Positions 42,083 to 56,805 of a stretch of DNA of 64,000 nucleotides are shown piece after piece. Position 1 is the stretch's first letter, and each line of letters starts with the position of its first letter. The stretch spans positions 34,968,001 through 35,032,000 of the forward strand of contig NC_042997.1 of the NCBI RefSeq assembly GCF_006345805.1, in the 5' to 3' direction. This stretch comes from Octopus sinensis (taxonomy: Eukaryota). Under the pieces are notes generated by a model that had not been told where the DNA came from, did no database searches, and worked only from the letters and a program-made list of their open reading frames with translations. The position numbers and the translations under genes were made by a program.

Positions 42083-42535
42083 AGACACAAAAACAAAGCT
42101 GTGTGGAATTTATAGAACATTTATAAAGAGAAAAGTAGACTTACAGCTGTTTCTGGGATAATAAGGATATTCTTTCATCAGAGACGATAATAGACTTAAC
42201 AAGAAGGAAATAGTAGAGTTCAATATAAGGGGTTATTTTGGAAAAGGATGAATATAGGAAGTATAAAGGGAAATAAGTAATTCCTCGGATAATGGAAATC
42301 CAACTCTAACATCCTACAAATATTTTAACTTTATTTTTATTCTCTTAATTCCCTTTATACTTCCTACATCTAACCTTTTTTCAAAAATAACTCCCCATAT
42401 TACTATTTCCTTCAGGTTAACTGTCTCATATCCTCTCAGATGAAGGGATATCGCTAATATCTTAGAAACAATGTAAAACTACCTTTCCCTTTATAAATGT
42501 CCTATAATTTCCATACAGCCTTCGTTTTGTTGTCT
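42083..42535. mobile_element. Old inverted-repeat element, ~195-bp arms, with decayed hammerhead motifs
   Basis: 42083-42277 versus 42344-42535 are similar in reverse complement. The minus copy at 42138-42185 reads CTGATGA..GAA-ACAGCTGT-A; the plus copy from 42437 reads CAGATGA..GAAAC. Confidence 0.65.
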
Positions 42536-42708
42536 AATATTACTTAACACACACACACACATACACTCACACACACACATATATATATATTCATCTATAT
42601 GTGTGTGTATGTATATATATATATTCATCTATATGTGTGTGTATGTATATATATACAGATGGGAGTATGTGTTTATGTAAACATTATCTCTGTCTGTATA
42701 TATATATA

Positions 42709-42753
<45 letters not shown>

Positions 42754-43038
42754 TATACATATATATGTATATATCGTTATATGTACATATATATGTACGT
42801 ATATATATATATGTGTGTGTGTGTGTATGTGTGTGTATATGCATATATTTCCAAATATATGTGTACATGAGCATATAGATACATGTATGTATCTATTTCT
42901 ATCTGTATTTATTTATCTCTATGTATTTTTGCGTATATTTGTGTTTGTAAATTTATATGAATATGTATGTATATATAGTTTATATACATATATATATATG
43001 CATATATATATATTTATTTATATACATGTATGTATATA

Positions 43039-43084
<46 letters not shown>

Positions 43085-45048
43085 AATGCATATATATATA
43101 ATTATATATATATATATACATATATATATATACATATATGTATATATACATAGACGCATATATATATATAAATAAATATACATTTTACGTGTATGTGCGT
43201 TTTATGTATACTGTTACGATAAGCGTATTATATTGATATAATTGAAATGTTCCAATAGAATTCGAAAGATAACTACTTCAATTATTTTTCCTAATAAGAA
43301 TAAATTTCATTTTTCTATTATGAGCAAACAATGCTTTTTTTCAATTAATCACTAATTGCATTGTATAATTATGGTTTTGTTTAAAACTATACTTTAGTCA
43401 TGCTTATTTTCTTCAATTTTCTTTTATCAGTTTCTCTTTGTGCAAATGATTTTTCTTTATTCTCTTTTACTGATTACTCGGAACGACGTTGCGCTCTCTT
43501 AGTCAGAGAATAATAGTCTGAAAGTCTGGTTAATGAATCTTTCAAACAAAATAGAAATGAACAGCAAGGAAAAGTGGAAGACATGAATAAATTAGGAGAT
43601 GGTAACAACTCCGATAACGATAACACAACGGATTTTATAGGAAGATTCCAATTGTAATCACGATTAGAAATTAATTGAGAAATGATTATGAAGTAAGCCA
43701 ATATTTCATTCTTCCAATTCCCATTTTATTTCTCCTAAAATTGTTTGAAACTAATGAGATGTTTCCTTGTATCTTTGTTTTAAATATCTACATCATGCAA
43801 AAAATAGGTTAGCTTATTCGGAACTGCTAACCTGTATATTTTACATCTAGCAGTCTTATACGATGAAATGTAATTTACTTAATATATAATTCACGTGTTC
43901 ATCCATATATAGATAGCAAATATCAAAATATCATTTATATATTTGATTGTTACTAGTCCATAAATGCATAATGTGTATGCATAGTCGACTGAATCTTCTC
44001 CAATATAAATTCAGCATTAATTTATAGACTCGGGCGACATGAAATACGAAGGTGAATTTACAAAATATGAAGTAAACACATCATGTACGACAGTAAATTC
44101 CATTAATTTATTTATTTGGACGCTCTACTATTTCCTAAACTTTGGAGAAATATATGTAATACTAGCAATATCTTTATTTAATTATGCCTACGATTTCTTA
44201 ACATGTTCTACGGAATATGGTTTGGTAATCAACCTTGTCCAAAATAAAAGCATCTAGCAAGCTGATTCATTAACACTGCTTCGAATTAATTTTAAAACTC
44301 ATTAAATTTCGTGTTAGATTTAAGCTCCCTTGTAAGAAAAAAAATATCATTAATCTCAGTATCAAATCCTGCTCTTTCATGACAATATAATTGCAATGGG
44401 ATTATTAAAATGTAATCGTTATAATGGTTTCGTTGTCCATATTACTTCAGCATTGATATACGTTAAAAATATTCCTGGATATAACATTAATATCACAACT
44501 TTCACCACAAACTTAATGATGATTGAGTTTTTCAATGTAAAAATTATAAGTTTATATTTCCTAAATTATCTAACATGCTAATATAGCTGAAACCTTGAAT
44601 TGAGGAATTATAGACTGCATTCCTCTGATGTTGGTGAAGAGACAAATTTGACTAATTTCTGTTATAATCAAACAAACAATTGGTTATATATTTGCTACGT
44701 TCATTTAAATAGATGTGAATGATACTTAGCTAGCGAAACTGGAGCAGATTCTCAATATATGGTCAAACAGTACCCATGCAAAAACTTGTTTGTGATTTCA
44801 TTCCCATCTATTTTTCATACAGTATGAGTATAATTGTTATTCCTTGCAAACAATATATAATTCCACTTTTTTATCATTTCCTGACATTCAATGTACATTT
44901 TAATGAAGAAATTCAGTGACTGCTACTCGATGTTTCCAGATGTCACCTATTGCATTTCGTAGTGAAGGTTAATTGAACTTTATTTTAAGTAGTTTCCTAC
45001 TCACCAGAAACTGCAGGAGAGTTAATGCTATCAAATTGCAACGATACG

Positions 45049-45126
<78 letters not shown>

Positions 45127-45864
45127 TATACATATATATATACACATATATATATACATATATATATATACATATATATATACATATATATATATACATA
45201 TATATATTATATATATATATATATATATCTATATATATATATATATATTATATATATATATATATATTGCAGCATGCGTATTGAGTGCTTGAATGTTTGA
45301 GAGTAAAATTCACTGTTCATAATATGATGTAGCACTGGGCACGAATTGAGGACATCTCAATTCCTTGTAACGTAACTTAGCTGTTCTCAGTGAAATTTGG
45401 CGCAAAACAGACTTTTGCATTTACTATAATCAACCATATCGTATATCACTCAAACGATATCAAAAATAATTCTAAATGTGTCTTAAGGACACAGATTCTT
45501 TGGACGTCGTCTGATGTGAAACAGTAAAAACAAAACAGTATTTAGTTTTACCAATGGAAGAGATTCCAAATTAGATTACAGAAAGTCCGACGTAAATAGT
45601 GGAAATCATTTAATCTGTACTTTATCTAGTCTCAGTCTAGAAAGACGTCAACATTTACAAGTATTGATTTCTTATATCGGTACATCATGAAAAAATCTGT
45701 ATGAATGTGAATATAAAAAATCTATGATATTCAAGCATGTCGCAAAAAAAATCATTAAGATAACTGAAATCTAAATGGATACAATAGGAAAGCAAAATGA
45801 CGTTAAACCGAGACTTTATCACTGGGACTTGAGCTTTCATAACATTAATACATCATAATATAAA

Positions 45865-46099
45865 GGCGGCGAGCTGGCACCGACGTTAGCACGCCAGGCG
45901 AAATGCTTAGCGGTATTTCGTCTGCCGTTACGTTCTGAGTTCAAATTCCGCCGAGGTCGACTTTTCCTTTCATCCTTTCGGCGTCGATAAATCAAGTACC
46001 AGTTACGCACTGGAGTCGATGTAATCGACTTATTCTCTTTGTCTTTCTTGTTTGTCCCCTCTATGTTTAGCCCCTTGTGGGTCATAAAGAAATAAGAAA
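45865..46099 (+). mobile_element. tRNA-derived SINE, family B, full length
   Basis: GGCGGCGAGCTGGCA head, GAGTTCAAATTCC B box, central TTTCATCCTTTCGG.GTCGATAAA..AAGTACCAG, A-rich tail. Confidence 0.8.
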
Positions 46100-47639
46100 C
46101 CTTAATACATCGTGATTGCTGTTGTCAATGCATAGAAAACAAATATTTCAGAGCAGCTAAAATAAGAAAAGGCGATGTTGTGAGGTTGATACATTTTCGC
46201 AAAGATATTACCGAGTGTAAGCGAGATTACAGTTTTGCTGTTTGGCTGTCACTGCAAATTTTCACCAGTAAGTTACATCCAAATAAACCAACAACCTATT
46301 ATTTTCCGAGAAATATCTTATGATCTGAACGAGTTAAATGCCGGGTTGCCCCAGCTGATTACTAGTTCACAACAAAAGGAGATTAAAATTAGTACTGTTT
46401 GGTCTTCATTATATTTTTAAAGGCAATATTTGAAATCAGTATTTCACTGGGAGGGCAGAAATTTCAAACTCCAGGAAAATATTAGCAAAAGGTCAGTTAT
46501 GAATATAGACATAATTTTTCTGTGTTAAAGTATCGAGTCGAATCTTAACAGAACGTCAGTCTAAAAGCCCCACCGCATTCAATTGGTTTTTATTTCCATC
46601 GATCATGAGTTTATGTACAGCACATCAGCATGTGGCTAGAATCGAATCACTCCAATATATTCATTCCCAACAAATTTGTGTACTTTAGCTTATACAAGAA
46701 ACCAATACTTTGTGAAACGTCAGTGAGCTACAACTTACAAAATATTTGAAAAAGATAAGACTTCTAAAACTAAAAGAGGACAACATGATTTTGTAGCTGT
46801 AGCCAATAAATGTTAATGCAATTTACTGAAATAATACAATTTGGGAAAACATACATATGGTGTATTTGTGATCACTGAGCAATAGATCACATACGAAGAG
46901 CTAACAAATGTCACACTATCCTTATTTTGTTTACTAACATTTTAGAATATTTTAGGACTCGTAAATAGGTAGGTAACCATTACAAGTGTTTTTATTCGTT
47001 TTAGAAAGCTTTCTATTGATATGTTGGACATCGTTTATATACATTATATACAAAATTTAGCTGTGTTTTACTTTAAATTATTTTTGTATATCCGTAGCTT
47101 AACGTTTGATTGTTTATTCTTCGATAAAAATGAAACAAATATTACTATTAAATGGAATGACAGCCAAAGGCTGACACGTTTTGAATTTTGTAAGAAAATT
47201 ATAGAATAAAATTTTGTGTTTAATCGCAGCTAACCTTTACACAAAATACTTTTCGTATAGATACAATATAATGAAATATGTAATAAAACTTTCATTAACA
47301 ACAATGGATAAATAAATGAAATAAAAAGCTCATAAACATGCAAATAAAAAGAGATTAGATAAGTGATGCTTTATTGCCTGATAATAGCAACAAATAAGAG
47401 AATGATGTATGCTTTAGAATTTCTGTTTGAATTTTAATGTAGATATGCATAATTCTATGGAAAATAAAGTTTATGGCAGATTTAGTTTGATAAGAAATAC
47501 AATTATATGACAATTATTCATCCTGTCTACGATAACAGCTTTGGTTTGTTGAAAACCGTTTTCTATATTTGTCTCGAAATAAAATTATATATTTTTGGTC
47601 ATTATTAAGGGACATTATTAAGAGTGTATGCTAGGATAA

Positions 47640-47815
47640 TTGTTATCACGCAGGACCAGATGTTTAGCGGCGTTTTTTCTGGTTTTGGTTCTAAATTTAA
47701 ATACCTCGGAGTCAACTTTGCTTTTCATCCTTTCGAGCTCAGTAAAATTAGTACCAGGCGTATGTAATACACTAGTTCTTCTCCGAAAATTTCAGGCCTT
47801 GTGCCGATGATAGAA
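47640..47815 (+). mobile_element. Degenerate SINE family B copy
   Basis: GGTTCTAAATT..GAGTCAACTTTGCTTTTCATCCTTTCGAG..AAAATTAGTACCAG. Confidence 0.45.
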
Positions 47816-48621
47816 AGAATTATCAAATGTCTTTAACGTTGCGATGACTACCGACGATGCGGATTAAGTTTCCAGCGACCAGTGTTTATAGACTAGTTTT
47901 GAATATGTTGGAAGTTATCGGTCTCACACTAATTCATATTTATTTATTAGTAATAAGTAGCTTAGATTACGATACGTGAATCTGTCGATAAAACGTTTCG
48001 GCTTACTAAGCAAATGCAATAAGTAATTATTGGATGTCACCGAAGATGATTCTATAAAATGATAGTAATTTCTCCATTGTAACGTACAAGGAATAACTTG
48101 TACACGCAGGAGTGACGAATTATTACCTAAAATATTATCGGTAGTTGTGTTATCGTTCAAGTGGAGATAAAAATGCATGGCAACCACGTTCAAAAGGATT
48201 TGAAATCTAAATGAAAAAATGATGCTTGTATCAGTTTCATGGAATTGAACGTGGTGCATCACCATTTCTACCTTTTCTAATTTTATTTAAAAATTACGTG
48301 TGTTTTTGTTTTAATGGACTGTAGCCATGCTAGGGAACTACCTTGAAAGGTGTAGTCAAATATATTGGAACCAGAACATATTATTTTAAAGCTTTGTACT
48401 TAATATATTTGTCTATTGATGAATCAATAAATTACGTGAATGGAAAAAAACCAATGTGGGTTGACAAGCCGTTGGAAGGACAAACACAGACACAAAGGCC
48501 ACAGACATATGTACATGCACACATATATACACACATACATATCTGTCTGTCAATCTGCCTGTCTGTCTTCTGTTTATGTATTTATGTATTATGCATGCAT
48601 GTATGTATGTATGTATGTATG

Positions 48622-48655
<34 letters not shown>

Positions 48656-48684
48656 CCTACCTACCTACCTACCTACCTACCTAA

Positions 48685-48759
<75 letters not shown>

Positions 48760-48877
48760 CCTGCTTTCTAATTGTTACAGGCATTAGATTCCGCCTTGAC
48801 GAAGTCCAATAAATGGACACCAGTATTTATCTCCTTAAATCTGATACTTATTCTACCGGTATCATTTGGCGTACATA

Positions 48878-49681
48878 CACACTGGGTGCGACGGGTAAAT
48901 TGTCGCCATTTTATAGCTTTAATTTCATGCACGTGCATTGTTTACTTTTGATTACTATACGTAATATAGTAGGGTCATTTGGGCACTGCCTGTGACAAAA
49001 ACAGCACTATGACGCAATTCGCTCTGCCGGAAATTTGGAACCGACATGCTGTGCTGCTTGGAATTCGCGCCAAAAGCGCCAATACGAGCATTGCAGAGTA
49101 TTTGGGTGTCAATTTGAGGACATGTACCGAGAGAGATAAAAATCAAACATTCAGTCATGTCATGATGTTTGGAGTGATCACTAGTAATGGCAACATTATG
49201 CCTCCATTCATCTTCCCACACGGCCTGAGACTCAATACAGAGGCCTGCATCCAGTGCCTGGGGGCGGTAGTGTTGTTCTGGGTCAAAATGGTGGCTGCTG
49301 AAGGACCATATGTCTGGCAGCAGGACTCTACTCTCTGCCACACATGCAGGAGAACCTAGTCAAGGCAGTCAGACAGTTTCTGCGACTACATCACTCCTAA
49401 AATCTGGCCACCTAACTCCCCAGACTGCAAACACTTTGATTATTATGTGTAGGGTGCAGTTGAGCGAGAGACCAAGACAACACCTTGTAACACCAAAGAT
49501 GAACTGAAGGCAAGGATTATGGCAGCATTCACTAGCTTAAACAAGGAGACCGTCCAGAACAGTTGGAGGAAATTTTGAAGTCGTTTACATTTAATTTTGG
49601 TAAATATATCTGTTAAAATGACATGTCAATACTATTTTCATTTTTGTGTAATTTAGTCGGCATTTTATTCACCGTACCCTG
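48878..49681 (+). mobile_element. Internally deleted IS630-Tc1-mariner element, DD37D (maT) type
   Basis: Imperfect TIRs CACTGGGTGCGACGGGTAAATTGTCG and (reverse complement) CAGGGTACGGTGAATAAAATGCCG next to TA. ORF has VMMFGVITSNG, YVWQQDSTLCH and WPPNSPDCKHFDY with 37 residues between the second and third Asp. The region with the first Asp is deleted near 49125; in-frame stops. Confidence 0.9.
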
Positions 49682-50384
49682 TATATGTATATATACGTAT
49701 AGATGCGCATGCACGCACACACACGCGCGCGCACATACACACACAATCAAGACTTCATGGAGAATTATAAGTCTTCAAAATTTATTTATTTATTACAGTA
49801 TTATTCTCATTAAATTCACATATGTGAATCCGACAGGTGTTTCTGCTGGATAAGTGTTCTAGTGTCCGTTGATGTAGCATTCATTCGCAGTACATATTCA
49901 TTCAAGGTAGAAGCAGTTTCGTTCAATGATTTACCTATTTGGGTGGGTAAAGTGAACTTAGGAATACGTCTAAAAATATATTCTGAGGGAGCTTATAACC
50001 TCAGGGTAGAGAATGATCTTTGTATATATTGAGGAAACAGGCTATTTCATACACATAATAGAAGAAAAAAATTAATTCAGGATGCATTAATAAATAGGAT
50101 ACCATGATACCATGTAAGATAAATAAACAAATTTAAAAGGAATCGCATGAAAAAGAAATAATTGTCGTTTCAAGTTGGATAGTCTTACCAGTCCATAGCA
50201 ATAAAGTTTTATGCTTTTTTGAATATTAGAAGTCTAGAATTGGTTGAAATGAATAAAGTAAGTTGAAATTTTAACCATTTTTTGTCTCAATTCAAAAAAA
50301 TAAAGAGAAAAATGTATCATATAAATAAAATAGTACATAACGTTTCATTCGGTACACACTCATAAGAAAAAACATGCTTTGAAC

Positions 50385-50449
<65 letters not shown>

Positions 50450-50928
50450 CAAAATGTATACCATACAGAATTCCGCTGTCTAGCATACCCATCAGAGAGC
50501 CAGACGCATTTGAAAGCTATTTTTTAAAGTTGAACTTTCCGTAGCTTTTTTAGACAATGCATTATTTTTATTTCATTTTCGCCCATATGACTGCATTTAT
50601 ATGCATATATATATACATACATATATATATATATATACATATATATGTATATATATGTATGTATATAAATGTATATATATATATAACACCATCATCATGA
50701 CTACCACCATAACTACCATTTTCCTCCTCCTCATCATCTTCATCATGATCATTGACAAGTTGAGACAACTAATAGGGTATTATTAAATATTTATAGAAAC
50801 TACTACGAAGCAGACAACCAATAGAGTAGAATATTTAATACTAAACTCTCTAATATATACTATGTATATATATACACACAAAAATATATATACATACACA
50901 CACGTAAATGTATGTGTATATATGTACC

Positions 50929-50959
<31 letters not shown>

Positions 50960-52019
50960 TATATATAATATATATATATATATAGATATATAGATATATA
51001 TATATATATACATTTATGCACATACACACATATATGAATGTGTATAATATGTAATTGTAAATTTTATTGTATTTTACTTATTGTTATTTCTGTATATTGT
51101 ATGCGTGTTCATAATTTATGTATGGTATTTGAAATCAAAATTGAACTTTTATGAAATATCATCGAGTTATTAGTTAATTAATTTTATTAATGGCATTCAC
51201 TTGAAGAATCAATTGAATCGAACATATATAATACAGCTATACCTTTCCTCATGGTGAAACATCCCCCGTCTCCCATCCTGCCTTTATATTCCGCAATCAT
51301 TCTTGTCATTTAGTTTTCGCTTTAGTTTTGATGCGTTTTTGTAAATTTATATATATTTATAAAAAGCTGTAAAATTCTATATGTAAAATTGTAAGTAAAT
51401 GTGAATCTATAAATTATGAGAATTATTGTATCTATATACTTCTATTTTATATTGCCTTCTTATAGGATGGAAAATTTTATTTTTAAAACAAAATCACAGT
51501 ATTAAGAAAGAATTACATGTTATTTAAATTTCCTCTTATGAAGTTCAAATAGAGATCTAGTTCAGTAGAAGTTGTATTATTAGGCTGATTAATTGCAGAG
51601 TTAAAATTTACTCGATTCCTACATTGTCCCCGTTTAATAAATATTTAAAATAATACGTATACGTTTGGTATGGCTACTTATACAAACCAATACAATTACT
51701 TTAGTAAGTTTACATTAGTAAATTATCTCTTAATATAAGTTTATTTGAGCAGCCAGAATTGAAAAAAAACACGTCCAGTTCTTCACGTGAACAGCTCACC
51801 GTTTCAAGCGACGAAAATAGTTTGACACAAATTAGATTTAAATGTTTAAGTGAAACTAACGGTTTTTGTATGTTGTTGAATGGCTTACAACCATCATCCA
51901 CGTTGCAATTGTTTCTTATTCAGCACACGATCTTAAGTCAAGTCACTTGCTCTGCAAGTGTATCTCCGTAATTTTTTAAGTCACTGTGGATAAATGCCTT
52001 GACCTTCCCAGGGTATCCA

Positions 52020-52680
52020 ATATTTTAATTTCTCAACAGAAACGATCGGGGGCAGAGTGAGGGGTTGCAGCAGATTCATAATTTCTCAAATTTTCTTTTT
52101 TATAGCATATAAATATATTGATGGGGATATATATTGAAAAACATTCATACATGCGGGAATGATAAAGAAAGGAGGGTTGTCTTTGGATGTGCTAGAAGCA
52201 ACAGCCAAATATGCCTTAAATCATTCACTTTTCCCTCTGAAAATATTAACAACTTTTTTTTTTTTTCCGAAAATGCTCTTCCCATGGTTTTGCAGTAAAG
52301 AGAAGAAAAATTGGCCAAAATAGGTGCGGTGTGGGATGATGAAGGAGGGGTTTGTAAAAAAAGAATAGTTTTCAAAACTTTTCATGCAAAGATGCCCCCA
52401 ACCCCATGCTTTGGAAGGGTGCGGCTTAAAAAATGGGGAGAATCCCCAAACAAATTCTCCCCACAAATTTCTTTAAAATCGTAATCTACGTCGTTTGAAA
52501 TGGATTTGTATAATTTTTTTTTATTAAAATATATCCATTTATGGATATATCCAGATATGAGGGAAAAAAGTCAGATCATGTGAATTTTCCCAAACTCCTC
52601 TCTCCACCCCCTCGGAAAATTCCTTTCCCATAAATCCCTATATACTCTGAACCCACAACATCAAAGCGGTATTTTTAGAA
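52020..52680. mobile_element. Possible degenerate non-autonomous element with weak inverted ends
   Basis: GC-richer block. G-rich start (GAGGGGGTTGC..) loosely mirrors the C-rich end (CTCCACCCCCTC). No ORF. Confidence 0.25.
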
Positions 52681-53198
52681 AATTTTGTTAAAATGTAGCC
52701 ATTTCTCTGGATGTTATGAAGCAACAAAGTCGGGGGTGTATACATCTGTAGTAATGCCCTTTTATTTATACGATTGTTTCATTTCATGTTTGTTTCATTC
52801 ATTGTTTGCAATGCTCTCTCTCTCTCTCACACACACACACATACACACCCTCTCTCTCCCACACACTACACATCTTACAATTGGGCTGCTAAATTATAAT
52901 CTCTATGTTCCTTTGAGGGGAAGGTAAAACTTGACAAATTGGCTCTCCCTCCGTTGTTGGACTACTTAGATGTTTGTTTAAAAGAGAGAGATTATAACTG
53001 GGATAAAATAAAGCAAGCAATATTTACTAAGTAAGTGAGCATTATTATATAAAGAAATGATTTGACGTAGAATATAAAAATATTGGGTTTGGGAATCAAA
53101 TGTGAAAATATTATCATGGGGATAGCAGAAAACCGCCTGGAGAGCGGTCTATCTGCTAGTATATCTAGTGTATATATATATATGTGTGTGTGTGTGTG

Positions 53199-53242
<44 letters not shown>

Positions 53243-53530
53243 CATATATATATGTGTGTGTGTGTGTTTGTGTGTATGTATGTATAATACACACACATAC
53301 ACTCATACTCACATACATATACACGTACTTATGCACATATATTGATGTTTACTCAGAGAAGTAGATATTTATATACACAATCATGTGTTGGTAAATGCTT
53401 AACATGAATACAGCAAGAATCTAGCTCCCCTTGCACATAAATCTCGCAAACCAATATGGCTGTTTTTATTGAACATATTGAATATAGTTCGACTACCTTC
53501 TCTTGTTAACTTCGGGATCTATTTGCACTA

Positions 53531-53609
53531 AGATGCAGTGACTTGGCCACATCTGCTGACCCGCCAGCGGGAGGGTGTTACGGCTCAGGGTCGAAACACA
53601 TGATGATCG
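53531..53609 (+). mobile_element. Isolated 3'-UTR fragment of the Hero-like element
   Basis: CAGTGACTTGG.CAC.TCTGC.GAC...GGCTCAGGGTCGAAACAC matches 54790-54846. Confidence 0.65.
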
Positions 53610-53844
53610 TTTTCAAATTTATTCATTATTTACATATTTATACGCATACATACATACGCGTGTATATATATATGTGTGTGTGTGTGTGTTTTTACAAATA
53701 GATGTAGTTTTAGGTAAATATTTATTTGTATATGTACAAATAAACACACACACACACATACACATATATATCCGTTCATATGTACACACACTATATATGC
53801 ATACGTACATATATGTGAACATATAAATATTTGTATATATACAT

Positions 53845-54890
53845 CCCAAACCCTCTAGAGAAGCGAGGAAGGATGATAGACTCAAAAGGACAGATCCATC
53901 GGTGACGACAAGGAATGATTTACGGACGCAGAGGCAGCCCCAATCACCCTTAAGTGGAGAGATATTGGGAGTGAAATGTTACTGTGGTAAAAGCTACAAG
54001 AATGCAAAAGGGGTCAAAATACACCGAACCAAGTCGAACTGTTGGAAGGAAGAGCCACAATTGCAGTTCTTGGTGTGAGAAAAAGTTGAAACATCAATAG
54101 GTAGGGAGGTATGGGAAGTAACATGTCATTGCAGAAAGATCTGCAAGAATGAGAAAGGGCTCAAGATACACCGAGCGAGGTCGGTCTGTGGAAAAGATGG
54201 GGCACAGATGCAGCGCACAGTCGTATTAACTGGCATGATTCAGAAGAGGTTCAGGCAGGAAGCATCCAACAAAACTAGAAGTCTCTCAGTACCTGTGTCA
54301 TCTCACGTCCTCAGGAAGGGCAACACATCCAACACCACACCAGAGAGAGCTTTATCCCAGCCAGCGAAAGAATCAATCAAATGGCCCAAGATCGATGAAA
54401 TAAAGAAATGACAACAACTGCACCAAGGCCTCGACATTATCCTACCATGCTGAAAGAAGGTGGAAGGATGTTTTGCACCAAAAGAAGAACACTTCACAGC
54501 CGTTACTCACACTCTCGTGGGAAGAGGTTTGTGATGAGGCCCATGAACGGATGCGTGCCAGATATGAGAGCCTTCTGAACGAGTGCAGAGAGAAGAGATG
54601 GCAGATATGGCTTTTCTCAGTCGGCTGTAGACGATTCCCTGCTCAGTCGGTATGGAGGATGCTTACAGTAGGTGAAATAAAAGGTAAGGAAAGAAGGGTG
54701 GCTATGCGCAGGATGGGTGAGGCTGCTGCAAGAGGCTCTTGTTGGCTTTGGAACAAGAGAGAAGAGTTAAGCTAGGAGGAAATGAAGATCAGTGACTTGG
54801 TCACCTCTGCCGACACACCAACGGAAAGGCTCAGGGTCGAAACACCCGATGAATGTTGGATACCGTCTGATGACATCAGTTCCTCCTGGT
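53845..54890 (+). mobile_element. Hero/NeSL-like RLE non-LTR element, internally deleted: N-terminal zinc fingers fused to the endonuclease C-terminus, RT absent
   Basis: KCYCGKSYKNAKGVKIHRTKSNC and TCHCRKICKNEKGLKIHRARSVC, then KESIKWPK, a junction near 54490, then LSWEEVCDEAHERMRARYESL..VGCRRF..EAAARGSCWLWNKREELS*. Confidence 0.85.
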
Positions 54891-55119
54891 CAAGGCTCCA
54901 TTACTTTGGTGAATGGAAAAAGCACCTCCATATAGGTGTCATTAACATACCAACAGAAACTGCATTAATACCGAAACCATATATGTTTTGTATTTTCTAT
55001 TTTTGTGTGAGCGTGTGGGGAGGGGCATGCGCATGTGTGCGTGTGTGTATGTGTGTGTATGAGAGTGGGAAAGGCAAGTGCGTGTGTTTGAAATCAGTAA
55101 AATATAGTGTTTAAACATG

Positions 55120-55196
55120 AAAGGGTTATGGGGCTCCACAAGATTGGAATAGTAATTCAAGGGGTCCACATGTAAAATACCATTGAAAACCGCTGA
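55120..55196. mobile_element. Possible hAT-type MITE terminus
   Basis: Ends in TTGAAAACCGCTG (reverse complement CAGCGGTTTTCAA, a typical hAT/Charlie-like end). No matching second end seen. Confidence 0.3.
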
Positions 55197-56805
55197 TTTA
55201 AGTATTACCAAATTGTTAACAGAACTTGAAAATATGTTTACATTTATTTGCCAACTAGTTTAAAATGTTTTCACACCTTCATTTACCGACAGTATTTATT
55301 TTAGAAGATTTGTATTTCCGATGTTGGTAACTCCTACGAGGTTTCTCCTGATTTATATTAGGTTTTTACTGTCATATAAAACACCTTTATTCTGCACGTA
55401 TTTTCCTCCTTTTTATTGTTTTTTTTTATACACGTGCATATGTTTAAACAAATGATATTTCTTCTCCTATTTGTATAACTGTCTTTCATATTTTAAAAGT
55501 AAATCATCTATTTGCTTAAACTATCCTTCGTATTCAAAGTGTACATCATCTGCTTCGTCCCTAATCTTATGGGAACGCCTGTTTACTTCCCCATGACTTT
55601 ATATATAACATAACAGAAGCAAATGAATAATTTTGTGTATTCATTTAGTTATTTCAGCGTATTCTCTCTAAACTTATACTGTTAAATGTATTTACCTGAT
55701 GTTTATCTGGATTCCATAAAAAAATATTTTCTCTGAATTTAATTTTCTTTCCAATTAACTACCGTTTTGTATTTCATGATCTTTGTGTTGTGCTTCATTG
55801 TTTTCCATCACACTAGCTGATGTTTTCTGCGTCGTTGAGTCTTTTGTTTTATACCTCTTGGAATATTTATGTACTGGATGACAATATGCTTATCAGTGTA
55901 CTGATATACTTTGTAATTATCCACTTACCTATCCAGATGTGTTAGTGAATTGAATGTTTATATGTTTCTGCATTTTCTTTCCCAGTTTTTTTTTCACGGC
56001 TTTTATTGAATTAAAGTTTGAAAGTTATACAGAAATAAATTACATTCAAGCCTGTTTCTATGGTATATTTATGTTCAGGCTATTTCTAAGAAGAGTTTTC
56101 TTTACGCACATTCTAATTCTATTGACATTTAATTTGTCATTTGGACGGCGGTATTTTTATGGTTACGGTAGATGAAGATTTATGGTTTGTTTACTGGAAT
56201 GATAGGATACTTGAGCCTACATATTCTCACACTCCAGCTACATTATCATGGTTTTGAACATGTAATCTGCGTGCATTCTATTTTATTGACCAGATCATTT
56301 TCCCTTACCTAACAGTAGGATATTTCTAGCATAAAACATTACAATCTTTCTTGTCTAGGCTGATAACCCGTTCAGTGTTTTCAATAGCTTTATTCAGTAA
56401 TGACGTATTTATCGTCTGGTAGAAGGTCTTTTATGTCTATTTTTGATTACTATGTTGTTCAAACATTAGATAACATTAACTGTATTCTGACACTATGATA
56501 TAAAGCCTATACATACATTTATAAAACATATATCTCTTTCTTAGCTTCAACATACATTAGTTTGGTTCCAATAATTAATTAGCCAGTAATCCTCATCTTA
56601 TTAACAATACTTGTATCAATATCATCCATGCCGATAATGGTATTACTGTTGACGCGTCGAGGAAGGATCATGTTGTCTGTCGAATCTATTGTAAAGATAA
56701 TTCCAACTCTTTTCTTTGACCGGGAAAAACAGACAGTTTGCTCTGTTTGGTAACAATGCCGGAAAAGTTTGTGAAGCGGAGGCAACAGGAGAGACTATTA
56801 TTGTT

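Noticed and set aside
45505-45520. CTGATGTGAAAC as a hammerhead
   Set aside because: No stem II between the two core segments.
49820-50030. Open frame containing TYSFKVEAVS (FN3-like strand)
   Set aside because: One short motif only; no other FN3 signature and no clear exon boundaries.
54835-54876. GAAAC...CTGATGA in the Hero-like 3' UTR as a type II hammerhead
   Set aside because: Stems I and II cannot be paired convincingly.
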